A DNA stretch of 20,000 nt, from IMG/VR virus record IMGVR_UViG_3300021387_000281, one strand, 5' to 3'. This document shows, piece by piece, positions 7,634-16,435 of the stretch; the stretch's first letter is position 1; every line of letters starts with the position of its first letter. Below the pieces are notes generated by a model. That model was not told the origin of the DNA and made no database searches. It saw only the letters and a program-made list of their open reading frames with translations. Source of the stretch: an uncultured virus (IMG/VR IMGVR_UViG_3300021387_000281). Lineage: Duplodnaviria > Heunggongvirae > Uroviricota > Caudoviricetes > Crassvirales. The translations under genes and the position numbers were made by a program.

Positions 7634-8112
7634 AAAACCTCAAGTTGATGATTCTTATAATTAATCCTGCAATTGTTGTTGTGGAAAAAAGAAGAGCCTA
7701 AGAGACCATGAATAGTAATGCCGTGCATCTTGTTAAAGTTTGCAAAGTCCTCATGGTTCTGCAAATAGAAATCTTCTGAGATTTCCTTTTTTCCAATATC
7801 AAACTTGATGTTAATGCCTCTTGCCTCTATCTTATCAGAAGTAACAGCTGAGAGGTCAATTGCTTTGTTTATATCTTTGTAAAGAAGCTCGCATCCTTTT
7901 AAAGAAGGAACATTAAGCAAAGACACTGCACAGCCAGTATCTACAACCATATTAAAGAGGTTGCCCTGAATATCCATAGTGATGTAGGGAATTTCTGTGA
8001 CTTCAAAATCCTTGAACTTATATGTAGAAGTTTTAAGCCTTCTATATGTAAGCCCTGCAAGCATTGCTACTAAGAACAATGCAAGCAGGATAATAAGAAC
8101 CATATTAATCAT
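7630..8112 (-). CDS. Membrane-anchored retropepsin-like aspartic protease
   Basis: N-terminal hydrophobic helix (MVLIILLALFLVAMLAGL); FNMVVDTGC catalytic motif; IHGLLGSSFF C-terminal motif. Confidence 0.8.
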   Translation of the reverse strand: MINMVLIILLALFLVAMLAGLTYRRLKTSTYKFKDFEVTEIPYITMDIQGNLFNMVVDTGCAVSLLNVPSLKGCELLYKDINKAIDLSAVTSDKIEARGINIKFDIGKKEISEDFYLQNHEDFANFNKMHGITIHGLLGSSFFHNNNCRINYKNHQLEVL

Positions 8113-8645
8113 ACGCCAGTGCTTCCAAGACCGCCCCTGACTTCATTATTGAGATTCTCCACTTCAACAAATTCAATACCAGAGGACATAAACCACTTTA
8201 ATTTCTGCCATACTGTAGCCTTCTGAGAAAGCTGAATCCTGAACTGACAAATACGTGTATTGACAGCAATAGAAGTCTTTTTGAGAGTTACAGCAGGGAA
8301 CATCCACTCATCTTCATCAGAGCAGTAGGTATTGTCAATAACACCAATGCCGTTAGCCTGCATGATACCTATTTTCTTAGGTGCAGAGCTTCTTGCAGCC
8401 ATAATAGCCTCAAATCCCTTGGGAAGCTGCATAGCAACACCTAGAGGAATATAGGTAACTTCAGAAATGACATCACGGTGTTTCACCTCCTTTCCTTTCA
8501 ATGTTCCTGCCTGAGGAGCATTGAGGATGATATCCTTAGAGGATGACAAGTCTACCCAATCACCTTTCTTGATAACTTTTGGTAAAGAGACGATGAATTT
8601 TCCTTCTTCGTTCTTAAATCTTTTTACTTTGATTTTCAATTTCAT
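8109..8645 (-). CDS. dut: Trimeric dUTPase
   Basis: Motifs GDWVDL, ARSS, GVIDNTY, RICQ, RGGLGSTG. Confidence 0.92.
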   Translation of the reverse strand: MKLKIKVKRFKNEEGKFIVSLPKVIKKGDWVDLSSSKDIILNAPQAGTLKGKEVKHRDVISEVTYIPLGVAMQLPKGFEAIMAARSSAPKKIGIMQANGIGVIDNTYCSDEDEWMFPAVTLKKTSIAVNTRICQFRIQLSQKATVWQKLKWFMSSGIEFVEVENLNNEVRGGLGSTGV

Positions 8646-8662
8646 ATTTAAATGTTTTATAT

Positions 8663-9148
8663 TTAACCTCGTTTATTAGTTGCTGGTTTGACTAACAACT
8701 CTCCATCATCCCCATATCTTCCTAATCTAGGTTTACGAGAATGATTCTTTGAAAAGTTCTTCATATCAGCATCCTTGTAAGAAATTACCAGACCTGTATT
8801 GACCCTATAGTTATCAACTACAGCAACCAGACTGTATTCGCAATGTCCTACCAACTTTAAGAATCTGGCAAAGGCAACCTTTTGAGGAGTGATATCTACT
8901 CTTTTACCATCAGGGACTATTTTGTCATTTTGTCTTTTCATTCCCAGGAGTATTAAAGAGTAAGTTTCAATATCTCCAATAATTATAGTTATCTTGCCTG
9001 CTACTAACAATAGTTCTGAGCTGATATTGGTTCCTCCCACATCACAAAGGATATCACCTTCTCTGATGTTTTTACAGAACTCCATGTATTCCTTCATACA
9101 TTCTGGGGAGTCGCACCTCATTACTTTTCTACCTACAATCTTAGTCAT
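8663..9148 (-). CDS. Hypothetical protein
   Basis: 161 aa ORF with ATGA overlap with the nuclease gene. Confidence 0.75.
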   Translation of the reverse strand: MTKIVGRKVMRCDSPECMKEYMEFCKNIREGDILCDVGGTNISSELLLVAGKITIIIGDIETYSLILLGMKRQNDKIVPDGKRVDITPQKVAFARFLKLVGHCEYSLVAVVDNYRVNTGLVISYKDADMKNFSKNHSRKPRLGRYGDDGELLVKPATNKRG

Positions 9149-10188
9149 AGTTTTGCTGTTTTATTTAACCACTCTACAATGTTATTAACGCCTTTTTCCT
9201 TTATACCTTTAGGAAACAATGGTTTTTCTTGCAAATAGCTATAGAGCTCTTCTCCAATAGTTTGAGGGTCACGAAGAGAATAATCTCCTACAGAAATTTC
9301 TCCCAGAGCTTTTGTAAGCGGGAATTCCCAAACCAGGGGAGTAGGGATATCATGGTTATTGACAACAATGAATCTGTAATCAGCAAGTTTAAAGTCCTTA
9401 AAATAGTCATCTTTGTCCAAAGTATTTCTGATTAGTCTCCAATATAGACGGGCTTGAATATCATATCTCCACTGTACAAAAGACTTGTAGAAATCATACT
9501 CTTTGTGAGAGCTTGTCTTTAAATCACAGGGATAAATGATTTTCTTATCATGGTCAACAATAATCAAGTCAGCCATACAGCGGTAGTTGACATCATTAAG
9601 AGTACCTTTGAACTTCAGCTGGTAATACCTCTCCACGTTATCAAAAGGATTATTCTCACAGAAGTAATTATGAGTTTGCTGAGAATCCTTGAGAGCCCTC
9701 ACACATGCAAATACCTTATTATATACATCCTGTGGAAGAATAATTTTCCCTTTGGCCATGAACATTGTCTGATAATACTGACTTCCTTTTTCCCTGATTG
9801 CTTTACACCTGGTCTCAGGTTTCCACCTTGGCTGATAACCTTTCTGGGAAATAATAGGCATTAAGAGGGCATCAGGAATATCATTAATATTAGTATATGA
9901 GTTCTGAAACTGGCTGAAAACCTCTTTTATTATAGGCTCTACAGCAGGCTCCATAGAAGGAATGCTACTTACCATATACTGCTCTTGGAAAGCCTTTTCA
10001 CCATCTGTAATTAGACAGTCGACACAGCTTCCAAAGAGTAAGGAAGGGGATTCAATCCTATCAAACAGAGTGTCCAATCCCTCAAACCCTTCTCTTTCGT
10101 ATTTTGCTAAGATAGAGTAGGAGAGAGCTGGGTCTTCTCTGTATTCAGGCTCAGATACATTCCAAGATATATCTTTTAAGCTTTTCAT
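9145..10188 (-). CDS. PD-(D/E)XK exonuclease (RecE/ExoVIII-like recombination nuclease)
   Basis: EYREDPALSYS, LLFGSCVD, CMADLIIVD...CDLKTS, YDIQARLY. Confidence 0.85.
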   Translation of the reverse strand: MKSLKDISWNVSEPEYREDPALSYSILAKYEREGFEGLDTLFDRIESPSLLFGSCVDCLITDGEKAFQEQYMVSSIPSMEPAVEPIIKEVFSQFQNSYTNINDIPDALLMPIISQKGYQPRWKPETRCKAIREKGSQYYQTMFMAKGKIILPQDVYNKVFACVRALKDSQQTHNYFCENNPFDNVERYYQLKFKGTLNDVNYRCMADLIIVDHDKKIIYPCDLKTSSHKEYDFYKSFVQWRYDIQARLYWRLIRNTLDKDDYFKDFKLADYRFIVVNNHDIPTPLVWEFPLTKALGEISVGDYSLRDPQTIGEELYSYLQEKPLFPKGIKEKGVNNIVEWLNKTAKL

Positions 10189-10442
10189 TTGTACATGCTT
10201 TTAAGGATTTCTGTACCCATATCTATCAATGCCCATCCTCTTCCTTTCTTGGAAAAAGCTTCCTTTGTTCTTTGATTAGTTCTGTTTTTAAGGAACTCAC
10301 ATTCTTTTTTGCCTATCCATCTATGAGATTCAAGATATTCAATGAAAGAGGTTCTTTGATACTGAAAACTTCCACCATCATTATTAGGTGTTTCTATTTC
10401 CTCTTGTTCTACTTCTTTCTTAAAATCATCTAGTGCTGACAT
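10185..10442 (-). CDS. Hypothetical protein
   Basis: 85 aa ORF overlapping both neighbours. Confidence 0.7.
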   Translation of the reverse strand: MSALDDFKKEVEQEEIETPNNDGGSFQYQRTSFIEYLESHRWIGKKECEFLKNRTNQRTKEAFSKKGRGWALIDMGTEILKSMYK

Positions 10443-10894
10443 AATTGTTGTAATTTAATTTGTTTAATAATTTCTACTGCAGTCATCAGCTGCTTTCTGT
10501 TGTGTACTTCAAAGAATATACTTTGAGGTATGTTTTCTTCAAGCCATGAGCGAAAGAGTTTCTTAACATAAGGATACCTGTCATTAGCATATCCTTTGAC
10601 TTCCATGATGATAAACACCTCTCCTATGGTAAATGTAAAATCAGGAGTATACTTGATTCCCTGTACCTTATAACTGTTGAGTTCCCAAGTATCTTTGTGA
10701 AGCTTGCGATTATTATGAAGGTCATAACAAGGGACACTGAATTTCCTGCCTTTCCACACTTCATAGGTGTGCTGCTCATATTGAGGATTGAATCCCTCTT
10801 GCTGCAGGGCTTTGTAGGCTGTCACCTCCAGAGTACTCTTAAATTGAATATTGTCATAGAGCAACGGAGTGGCATTTTTTACTTTCTTATTCAC
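10430..10894 (-). CDS. PD-(D/E)XK endonuclease (T7 endonuclease I / DUF1064-like, possible junction resolvase)
   Basis: FKSTLE, YTPDF, MEVKG motifs. GTG start; an in-frame ATG AAG TAG lies just upstream at 10906. Confidence 0.8.
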   Translation of the reverse strand: MNKKVKNATPLLYDNIQFKSTLEVTAYKALQQEGFNPQYEQHTYEVWKGRKFSVPCYDLHNNRKLHKDTWELNSYKVQGIKYTPDFTFTIGEVFIIMEVKGYANDRYPYVKKLFRSWLEENIPQSIFFEVHNRKQLMTAVEIIKQIKLQQLCQH

Positions 10895-11036
10895 TGTCTA
10901 CTTCATAGCTTTGTTCCTCCTTTTTTCTTGCTGCCAATTCGGTTAGAAGCTCCGCAAGAGCAGTAATATCTTCAAGCTTGAAGATGCCAACTTTCAAACC
11001 TTCTTTGAAAAAATCATACAGACATTCTACTTTCAT
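10887..11036 (-). CDS. Small hypothetical protein (49 aa)
   Basis: Manual read: MKVECLYDFFKEGLKVGIFKLEDITALAELLTELAARKKEEQSYEVDSE*; ATGA overlap with the primase stop. Confidence 0.6.
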   Translation of the reverse strand: MKVECLYDFFKEGLKVGIFKLEDITALAELLTELAARKKEEQSYEVDSE

Positions 11037-12010
11037 TTGAATAATGGTTTAAGTGTTTTGATAAATTCTTCTTTGCCTCGCAGTTTGTAGAAATCAGAAA
11101 TATCTTTACCCCCTTCAAAACTCGGCAATACAACATTCTGAAATCCTGTCTGTGAAGCAAAGTGTTCAGCATCATGCAATCCTGGGGCATCATTGTCAAA
11201 ACAGACATAGATGTGCTTGTATCTTTCTTTCAGCACTTTTTGAGCTGTCTCTGACATTGAAGTGGTCTCAGATTGCATGTAAATACAAGGAATTCCTACA
11301 TTAGACCACAAGCATAGGGCATCCTTGAGAGAAGAGCAGATGACAAGTTTATCACCTTGCTGGGGAACTTTTGTCCACAAACCTACTACAGAGCCATCGT
11401 TTTTGTTAGACCATTTATAAAGCTTTGAGAAAGGCTGATAGACTTTCAAAGTGACCTTTTCTTCCTTACGCTCTACAAAGCAATAAGCATATTTAGCAGC
11501 AGGAAAGACATACCGTTCATCATTCTTATATACTATCTTATGTGATATAGGATAGACTTCCGCATACTTTAGCCATGAGAGAGAGATACCATAGGATTGC
11601 CAATAGTCAATATCGTGCTGCTGCCATTCTCTAACCTTTACTTTTATATCTGAAGATGTGCGAGTAGAAAATTTTTTACCCAAAGAGGGCGTTGCACGAA
11701 AATCAGACTGTATGGTGTATCTTCTGAATGTTTTCTCTCTTGCTATCATTCTAATCACCTCGGAGAAAGAAAGGTTGAAGTACTTTTGCAGTAGGCTATA
11801 GATGTCTCCATGTTCACCAGTTGCATAATCAATGTACTTCACTTTCTCTCCGTCGGGTGAATAGATGCTGAATGAGGGATGGTTATCAGTCCTTAGTGGT
11901 GAATTGATAAGCACGGGAAGAGAGGTAATATCAAAGTAATGGGCTAGGATATCCCCTTGAGATACCCTATCCATTACTTCTTTGATACTTTCACTCGGAT
12001 TGGCTTTCAT
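11033..12010 (-). CDS. dnaG: DnaG-like DNA primase (TOPRIM)
   Basis: SPLR.D..PSF...D.ATG..GD degenerate ZBD fold; LVICSSLKDAL; CFDNDAPG (DxD); KDISD. Confidence 0.85.
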   Translation of the reverse strand: MKANPSESIKEVMDRVSQGDILAHYFDITSLPVLINSPLRTDNHPSFSIYSPDGEKVKYIDYATGEHGDIYSLLQKYFNLSFSEVIRMIAREKTFRRYTIQSDFRATPSLGKKFSTRTSSDIKVKVREWQQHDIDYWQSYGISLSWLKYAEVYPISHKIVYKNDERYVFPAAKYAYCFVERKEEKVTLKVYQPFSKLYKWSNKNDGSVVGLWTKVPQQGDKLVICSSLKDALCLWSNVGIPCIYMQSETTSMSETAQKVLKERYKHIYVCFDNDAPGLHDAEHFASQTGFQNVVLPSFEGGKDISDFYKLRGKEEFIKTLKPLFK

Positions 12011-12025
12011 ACACCACTATTAATT

Positions 12026-13039
12026 CTAAGCTACATCAGCAAAGGGGTCATTTGGGTCTACATTGTCTGTGGGCTCTCCGAAAGGAAGGTCATCAACAGA
12101 AGATGCAAAGGGGTCTTCAACCGCAGGCTGTTTGCTAAGGTCAGTCTCCTTCACATTTGCCTTATACTCATGAATGTCAGAGATAATACCTACAGGGTCA
12201 TCAGAATATGTCTCACTCTGCAGGGCACCCTGAGACTTACGACCATCAATGTGGTCTTTGAGATAGGTGTAAGAACGAGTACCATTGCGAAGAGTCATAC
12301 CAGAATACACATTCATATTCTGGCGTCCCTCATTGTCTGTCCTGATACCAACAAGGAGTTTCACAAGATTAGTAGGAATAAGCTTGCAGTAATTTTTCAG
12401 CTCCGTGATATCCCCAGAGAAATACTTCTGAATATCAGTCAGACGTCCCTCACAATCATCAGGATTGGGATTGGTAACCCACTCACCTGTGTTCTTGTTA
12501 TAAGTATCAATGGGAGTGACATTGAGATAATTGAGAATGAACTGAGTCAGAGCTTCCTCACCATGATAAGTAGGACGATAGTTGCTATCAATCCTTGCGG
12601 GGCCATTCTTATAGACAGGAATCTGATGATTCTTAGCCTGCTCAATGGTAACCCATGCAGTGCGACCATAGATATCTATTACCTGCACCTTGGTCTTATC
12701 ATTATTGTACATATAACGAGAATCAAGGAAGAAACTGACGGTAGTCTTCAGAGGTTCTGTAAGAGCTGCATTAGATGCATATCCCTTCTCTAGACCCTCA
12801 GGAGCAGCAGATACAGGGTCAGCTTGTACCATGAATGAAACACGCAGACTCTTGTAAGGCTTGCCTGCATCATCAGTCTTGTCTGTAAGATACACAGGGT
12901 CATTCTGAACATCCCTACCATAGAACTTAGAAAGCTCCTCCTTGGTAGGGTTAACACCAAGTACACGGAAAGAACCTACACCAATGTAATGTTTGAATTC
13001 ACCGCCTCCATTAGAAGAGGCATTTGCTTTAATTGCCAT
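12026..13039 (-). CDS. Putative single-stranded DNA-binding protein
   Basis: YIGVGSFRVLGVNPTKEEL N-terminus; acidic tail DDLPF...DPFADVA; located between the Sak4-like ATPase and primase. Confidence 0.65.
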   Translation of the reverse strand: MAIKANASSNGGGEFKHYIGVGSFRVLGVNPTKEELSKFYGRDVQNDPVYLTDKTDDAGKPYKSLRVSFMVQADPVSAAPEGLEKGYASNAALTEPLKTTVSFFLDSRYMYNNDKTKVQVIDIYGRTAWVTIEQAKNHQIPVYKNGPARIDSNYRPTYHGEEALTQFILNYLNVTPIDTYNKNTGEWVTNPNPDDCEGRLTDIQKYFSGDITELKNYCKLIPTNLVKLLVGIRTDNEGRQNMNVYSGMTLRNGTRSYTYLKDHIDGRKSQGALQSETYSDDPVGIISDIHEYKANVKETDLSKQPAVEDPFASSVDDLPFGEPTDNVDPNDPFADVA

Positions 13040-13057
13040 AATATTATGTTTTAAAAA

Positions 13058-13152
13058 TGAGTTCTAAAAAAGGAGACTCTAAGACCTGCAGGTTTTTAAA
13101 AGGGTACAACTACAGAAAAGAGCAGTAGAACTTGTCTCCATGAGAGTTCTTA
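13058..13152 (-). promoter_or_regulatory. Structured leader or attenuator upstream of the SSB-like gene
   Basis: Minus-strand pairings AGAACT/AGTTCT, GGAGAC/GTCTCC followed by T6, CTGTAG/CTGCAG, and a second TAGAACT downstream. Confidence 0.45.
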
Positions 13153-13172
13153 CGTTAACCAGTGTTAGCTAA

Positions 13173-13628
13173 TTATGACCATATATCATCCTCTACCTCT
13201 TCTACTTCTGCCTCTTCCACAGGTTCTTCTGCCTGAATACTAGAAGAGATGGTGTCTCTATCTATATCAAAGTCAGAACCAGGGCCTTCAGCAGTAGTGG
13301 GAACTTCATCAGTTTCAAAGACAGGAGGAATGACAGTCTCTGGATACTTCAGAACATAACGAGTCTGAAGAATCTCCTTGCCAGTCTTAGAGTCAATCTT
13401 GCCAGTATGGACTACTTCACGACAAACAAGGTCTTCGGTAGTATAACCACCCGTCATCTCCTTGATGGGGCCCTGGAAAGCATCAATCATAGGCTGATAA
13501 GAAGCCTTCTCAGCTTCAAGAGCTGCAATCTTAGCGTCAATACGCTCTTTCTTGGTTACAAACTGTGCTACATTCTGAGCAGTGCGCTTAATGGCTGCAA
13601 TCTGGATTTTTGAAAATTTCTTTTCCAT
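13173..13628 (-). CDS. Hypothetical protein, coiled coil plus acidic tail
   Basis: 151 aa; KKERIDAKIAALEAEK coiled coil; very acidic C-terminus. Confidence 0.8.
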   Translation of the reverse strand: MEKKFSKIQIAAIKRTAQNVAQFVTKKERIDAKIAALEAEKASYQPMIDAFQGPIKEMTGGYTTEDLVCREVVHTGKIDSKTGKEILQTRYVLKYPETVIPPVFETDEVPTTAEGPGSDFDIDRDTISSSIQAEEPVEEAEVEEVEDDIWS

Positions 13629-13670
13629 TGTTTTGTTGTTAATTAAAGGTTACTGTTGTGTTAATGATTT

Positions 13671-14354
13671 TTAATCTCCATAATATTCATGCATTTTATC
13701 CAATACAAGCTGGAGAGAATTGGGAATGAAGTCCTCCTCAAACATTTCTGCAGGTGACTTAGCAGGAATCTCTATACCATTTACTTTCATAGGGTGGGTC
13801 CAGAAGCCAAATTCGGGCTTTCCCTTCTCATCGTACTTAGGCTGAGCAAAGAGAGTGATAGACACAGATTCCAGAGGATTGTACATCTTATCAAGAAGTT
13901 TGCCAACGGTAGATGCCTTATAGCCAATGACAGAGCCATCAGCTTCAACAGTCTCAGTATGAAGCATCATAAAGACAGTGATATCATTACGAAGACTATT
14001 TCCATCAGCAATAATCTTTCTGAAGTGATCCGCTAATTCATTGTACTTATTGAAGCCCGTTTCCTTACTCCTGTCAAAGAATTCTGTGCGCATAATATAG
14101 ATAGCATCATCAATAACGATGTTATGAATATTAGGCATGTTCTTAGAGATGGATTGCATCATTGCTGATATACTATCCCATTTTGCAGATTGAATAAGAT
14201 TCTTTTTCTCTCGTGTATAATTAGCACGGGAACCCTTAAAGGGCAAATCTTTACCTAAGACATTCAAAATGACTGTCTCCTGAGGATTAAGAGTCTTAAT
14301 ACTGGTAGATTTACCTGTGCCAGAAGACCCTAGAACAATTACTAAGTTGCTCAT
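13671..14354 (-). CDS. AAA_24 family P-loop ATPase (Sak4-like annealing protein)
   Basis: Walker A GSSGTGKST, Walker B IVIDD, MMLH, GKLLD, AKSP..MF. Confidence 0.85.
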   Translation of the reverse strand: MSNLVIVLGSSGTGKSTSIKTLNPQETVILNVLGKDLPFKGSRANYTREKKNLIQSAKWDSISAMMQSISKNMPNIHNIVIDDAIYIMRTEFFDRSKETGFNKYNELADHFRKIIADGNSLRNDITVFMMLHTETVEADGSVIGYKASTVGKLLDKMYNPLESVSITLFAQPKYDEKGKPEFGFWTHPMKVNGIEIPAKSPAEMFEEDFIPNSLQLVLDKMHEYYGD

Positions 14355-14359
14355 TGTTG

Positions 14360-15541
14360 TTAGATTTTTGATTTAATAAATGTTTTTACATTCCTGAACA
14401 GAAACAATGTAGATTTTACTTGCTTCTGAGGAGGATTCTTGAGAGTTTTACAATACTGATACACTTTATCCATAGCTGCTTTATCATCAGGCTTAGGAAG
14501 TTCTTTAAAGTCACATACTGCACCATCAAACCACAGAGGTAATAACCCGCCCATTTCTCCATTTCTGTTGACTATGACTTCAAGGAATCTAATGTGGTCT
14601 TTAAGCTGCGTAATATCATATCCGAAATACTCAGTAATACCAAACCTGATAGGGGAAAAGAGTCCTAAGACAATATCACAGTCTCTTGATACATACTTAG
14701 AATCACCCAAACCAGCTACAGAAGGTCTTACTCTGCCGAGCTTAAAGGCTTCATTTCCTTCAGACTCAAAAGCTTGCTGTTGAATAATGATGGGAGAATA
14801 GTGATAGCGATTTCTCAGATACTTTGCACAATATTCTGACAGTTTATCAATGGATTGCTTAAGAGTAAGTCCTCTTTCTGTGTCAATAAGATTGACAGTA
14901 TCAATGATAATCATGCGATACTCATCAGGATTATCTTGCTCATAATAGTCAAAGGCTTCAACTTCTTGAGGTATCCCAAAGTCATCCTTAATTTTAATAG
15001 TCTTCTTATGCACGGTACCATGTTCCTCTGCATACTGCTTACAGTACTTATAGATACCTGTAGGATTCGGGGCTTCTGTAGGAAATATTACATGTTCCTC
15101 AAAATATTCAAGGATACCTTGTATATCAAACTGCCGAAGTCTATCAATCACATCTTCATCTACAGCACCTGTAGTAGAGCGAAGTTCCTTAGGACTTACT
15201 CTGATATTGCCTTTGCTGTATTTAAACAGCAGCCACGACATAAACCTCTGCATGATTCTCTCTTTTGTTTCCTCAAGAGGAAAATAGAGAATCTTAAAAT
15301 CGAGTTTCTCTTTGGCAAAGTAGGCATACATAATAGTCTGGTAGATGAATACATAGGAGCAGAATTGGGACTTGCCTCCTTTAGTAAAGCTGGTGATACA
15401 ATACATAGTATCTTGCTCAATGCCACAGAAATCACTCTGGAAACGCTTAAATGGGGACGGAATACAGTTGACACCGCCATCAATGATACGCTGTCTCTTA
15501 GCTTCTATGTCACCCATTGTCTTATTATACAAGTCTCCCAT
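14360..15541 (-). CDS. dnaB: DnaB-like (SF4) replicative helicase
   Basis: Variant Walker A SFTKGGKS, YFPLEE, IIIDTVNL, IIIQQQ, GLGDSK...RDCDIVLGL, VNRNG. Confidence 0.85.
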   Translation of the reverse strand: MGDLYNKTMGDIEAKRQRIIDGGVNCIPSPFKRFQSDFCGIEQDTMYCITSFTKGGKSQFCSYVFIYQTIMYAYFAKEKLDFKILYFPLEETKERIMQRFMSWLLFKYSKGNIRVSPKELRSTTGAVDEDVIDRLRQFDIQGILEYFEEHVIFPTEAPNPTGIYKYCKQYAEEHGTVHKKTIKIKDDFGIPQEVEAFDYYEQDNPDEYRMIIIDTVNLIDTERGLTLKQSIDKLSEYCAKYLRNRYHYSPIIIQQQAFESEGNEAFKLGRVRPSVAGLGDSKYVSRDCDIVLGLFSPIRFGITEYFGYDITQLKDHIRFLEVIVNRNGEMGGLLPLWFDGAVCDFKELPKPDDKAAMDKVYQYCKTLKNPPQKQVKSTLFLFRNVKTFIKSKI

Positions 15542-15788
15542 AACTATTTTTCATTTCTTTGTAGATGTAATATTTACGAAGGATTTTTTGCCATAAAGAT
15601 GGACGACTAACCCTTTTAGCCTCCTTTAAGTGCTTTTTCAGTGTTTTTGCAAGCTTTTTTTCTTCTCTTTCTCGTTTTGTCATTTTACGATATAGAGTAA
15701 TAGTACATATAAGAAAGCAAACCTGAATAATTAAATATGTAAAAGCTTGGAGGGTTTTTATTATGGTATTTAAATCAACTGTTCCCAT
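15525..15788 (-). CDS. Small membrane protein
   Basis: One hydrophobic helix followed by a strongly basic tail. Confidence 0.6.
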   Translation of the reverse strand: MGTVDLNTIIKTLQAFTYLIIQVCFLICTITLYRKMTKREREEKKLAKTLKKHLKEAKRVSRPSLWQKILRKYYIYKEMKNSYGRLV

Positions 15789-15796
15789 ACTATACT

Positions 15797-16435
15797 TTAT
15801 TTAAGTTCTGATTCCCACTCTACCTTCTTAATAGGCTCTTCATCAGTATCTTCAAGATAGGCAGCTAACTGAGACTGCTTTTCTACTTCTCCTACAAGTC
15901 TGCCATTGATGAGTTCAGTACCGGAGACTTTGTTTTTCCAGATAAAATATCTGAGAAGCTGCATATATTGGTAGTTGCCGTTGAAAGAATCTACATATTT
16001 CTTTGTTGCAGCTATGATATCATCATCTGGATAATCACCATATTTTGTAACAAACTTTTTCAGTCTATCAACAATACAGGAAGTAGAGTCTCTCCATGTA
16101 TAAGCATAACCAGGTTTCTTGCCTCCAGGAAATAACTCTCGGAGCTTGTTAGCCAAATTAGTAAACCTTTCTTCAGAAGTATTGCTCACACCTGTATTGC
16201 TGTCAGCAATAACAGATTCTGCCAAAAATTCTCCTTGCTCACTCAATTCCACATAATCTGGGAATAAATGATTCCTATCATAGGGCTGATTGAATTTCAA
16301 GAAGTTCTGTTGCCGGGCCTTCTCAAAAGTGTTAAGAGTAATCTTGGAGCCTGCAAGGAATGAAATAAGATACAGAATTAAATCTACATCTTTTCCATTC
16401 TTCTTACAGGCTTCCGTGTCAAATGTAATTTTCAT
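15797..16435 (-). CDS. Replication-associated protein (possible initiator or helicase loader)
   Basis: 212 aa between the SF2 and DnaB helicases; LRELFP...IIAATKKYV...YMQLLRYFIWK C-terminal domain. Function inferred from position only. Confidence 0.55.
   Translation of the reverse strand: MKITFDTEACKKNGKDVDLILYLISFLAGSKITLNTFEKARQQNFLKFNQPYDRNHLFPDYVELSEQGEFLAESVIADSNTGVSNTSEERFTNLANKLRELFPGGKKPGYAYTWRDSTSCIVDRLKKFVTKYGDYPDDDIIAATKKYVDSFNGNYQYMQLLRYFIWKNKVSGTELINGRLVGEVEKQSQLAAYLEDTDEEPIKKVEWESELK

Noticed and set aside
9145..10188. Cas4 / CRISPR association of the exonuclease
   Set aside because: No C-terminal Fe-S Cys cluster and no array or cas genes; the context is a recombination module.
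3498..15483. Nested alternative-frame minus ORFs (3498-3722, 5024-5305, 6337-6636, 11014-11208, 15196-15483)
   Set aside because: They overlap better-supported genes in another frame and have no recognisable features.
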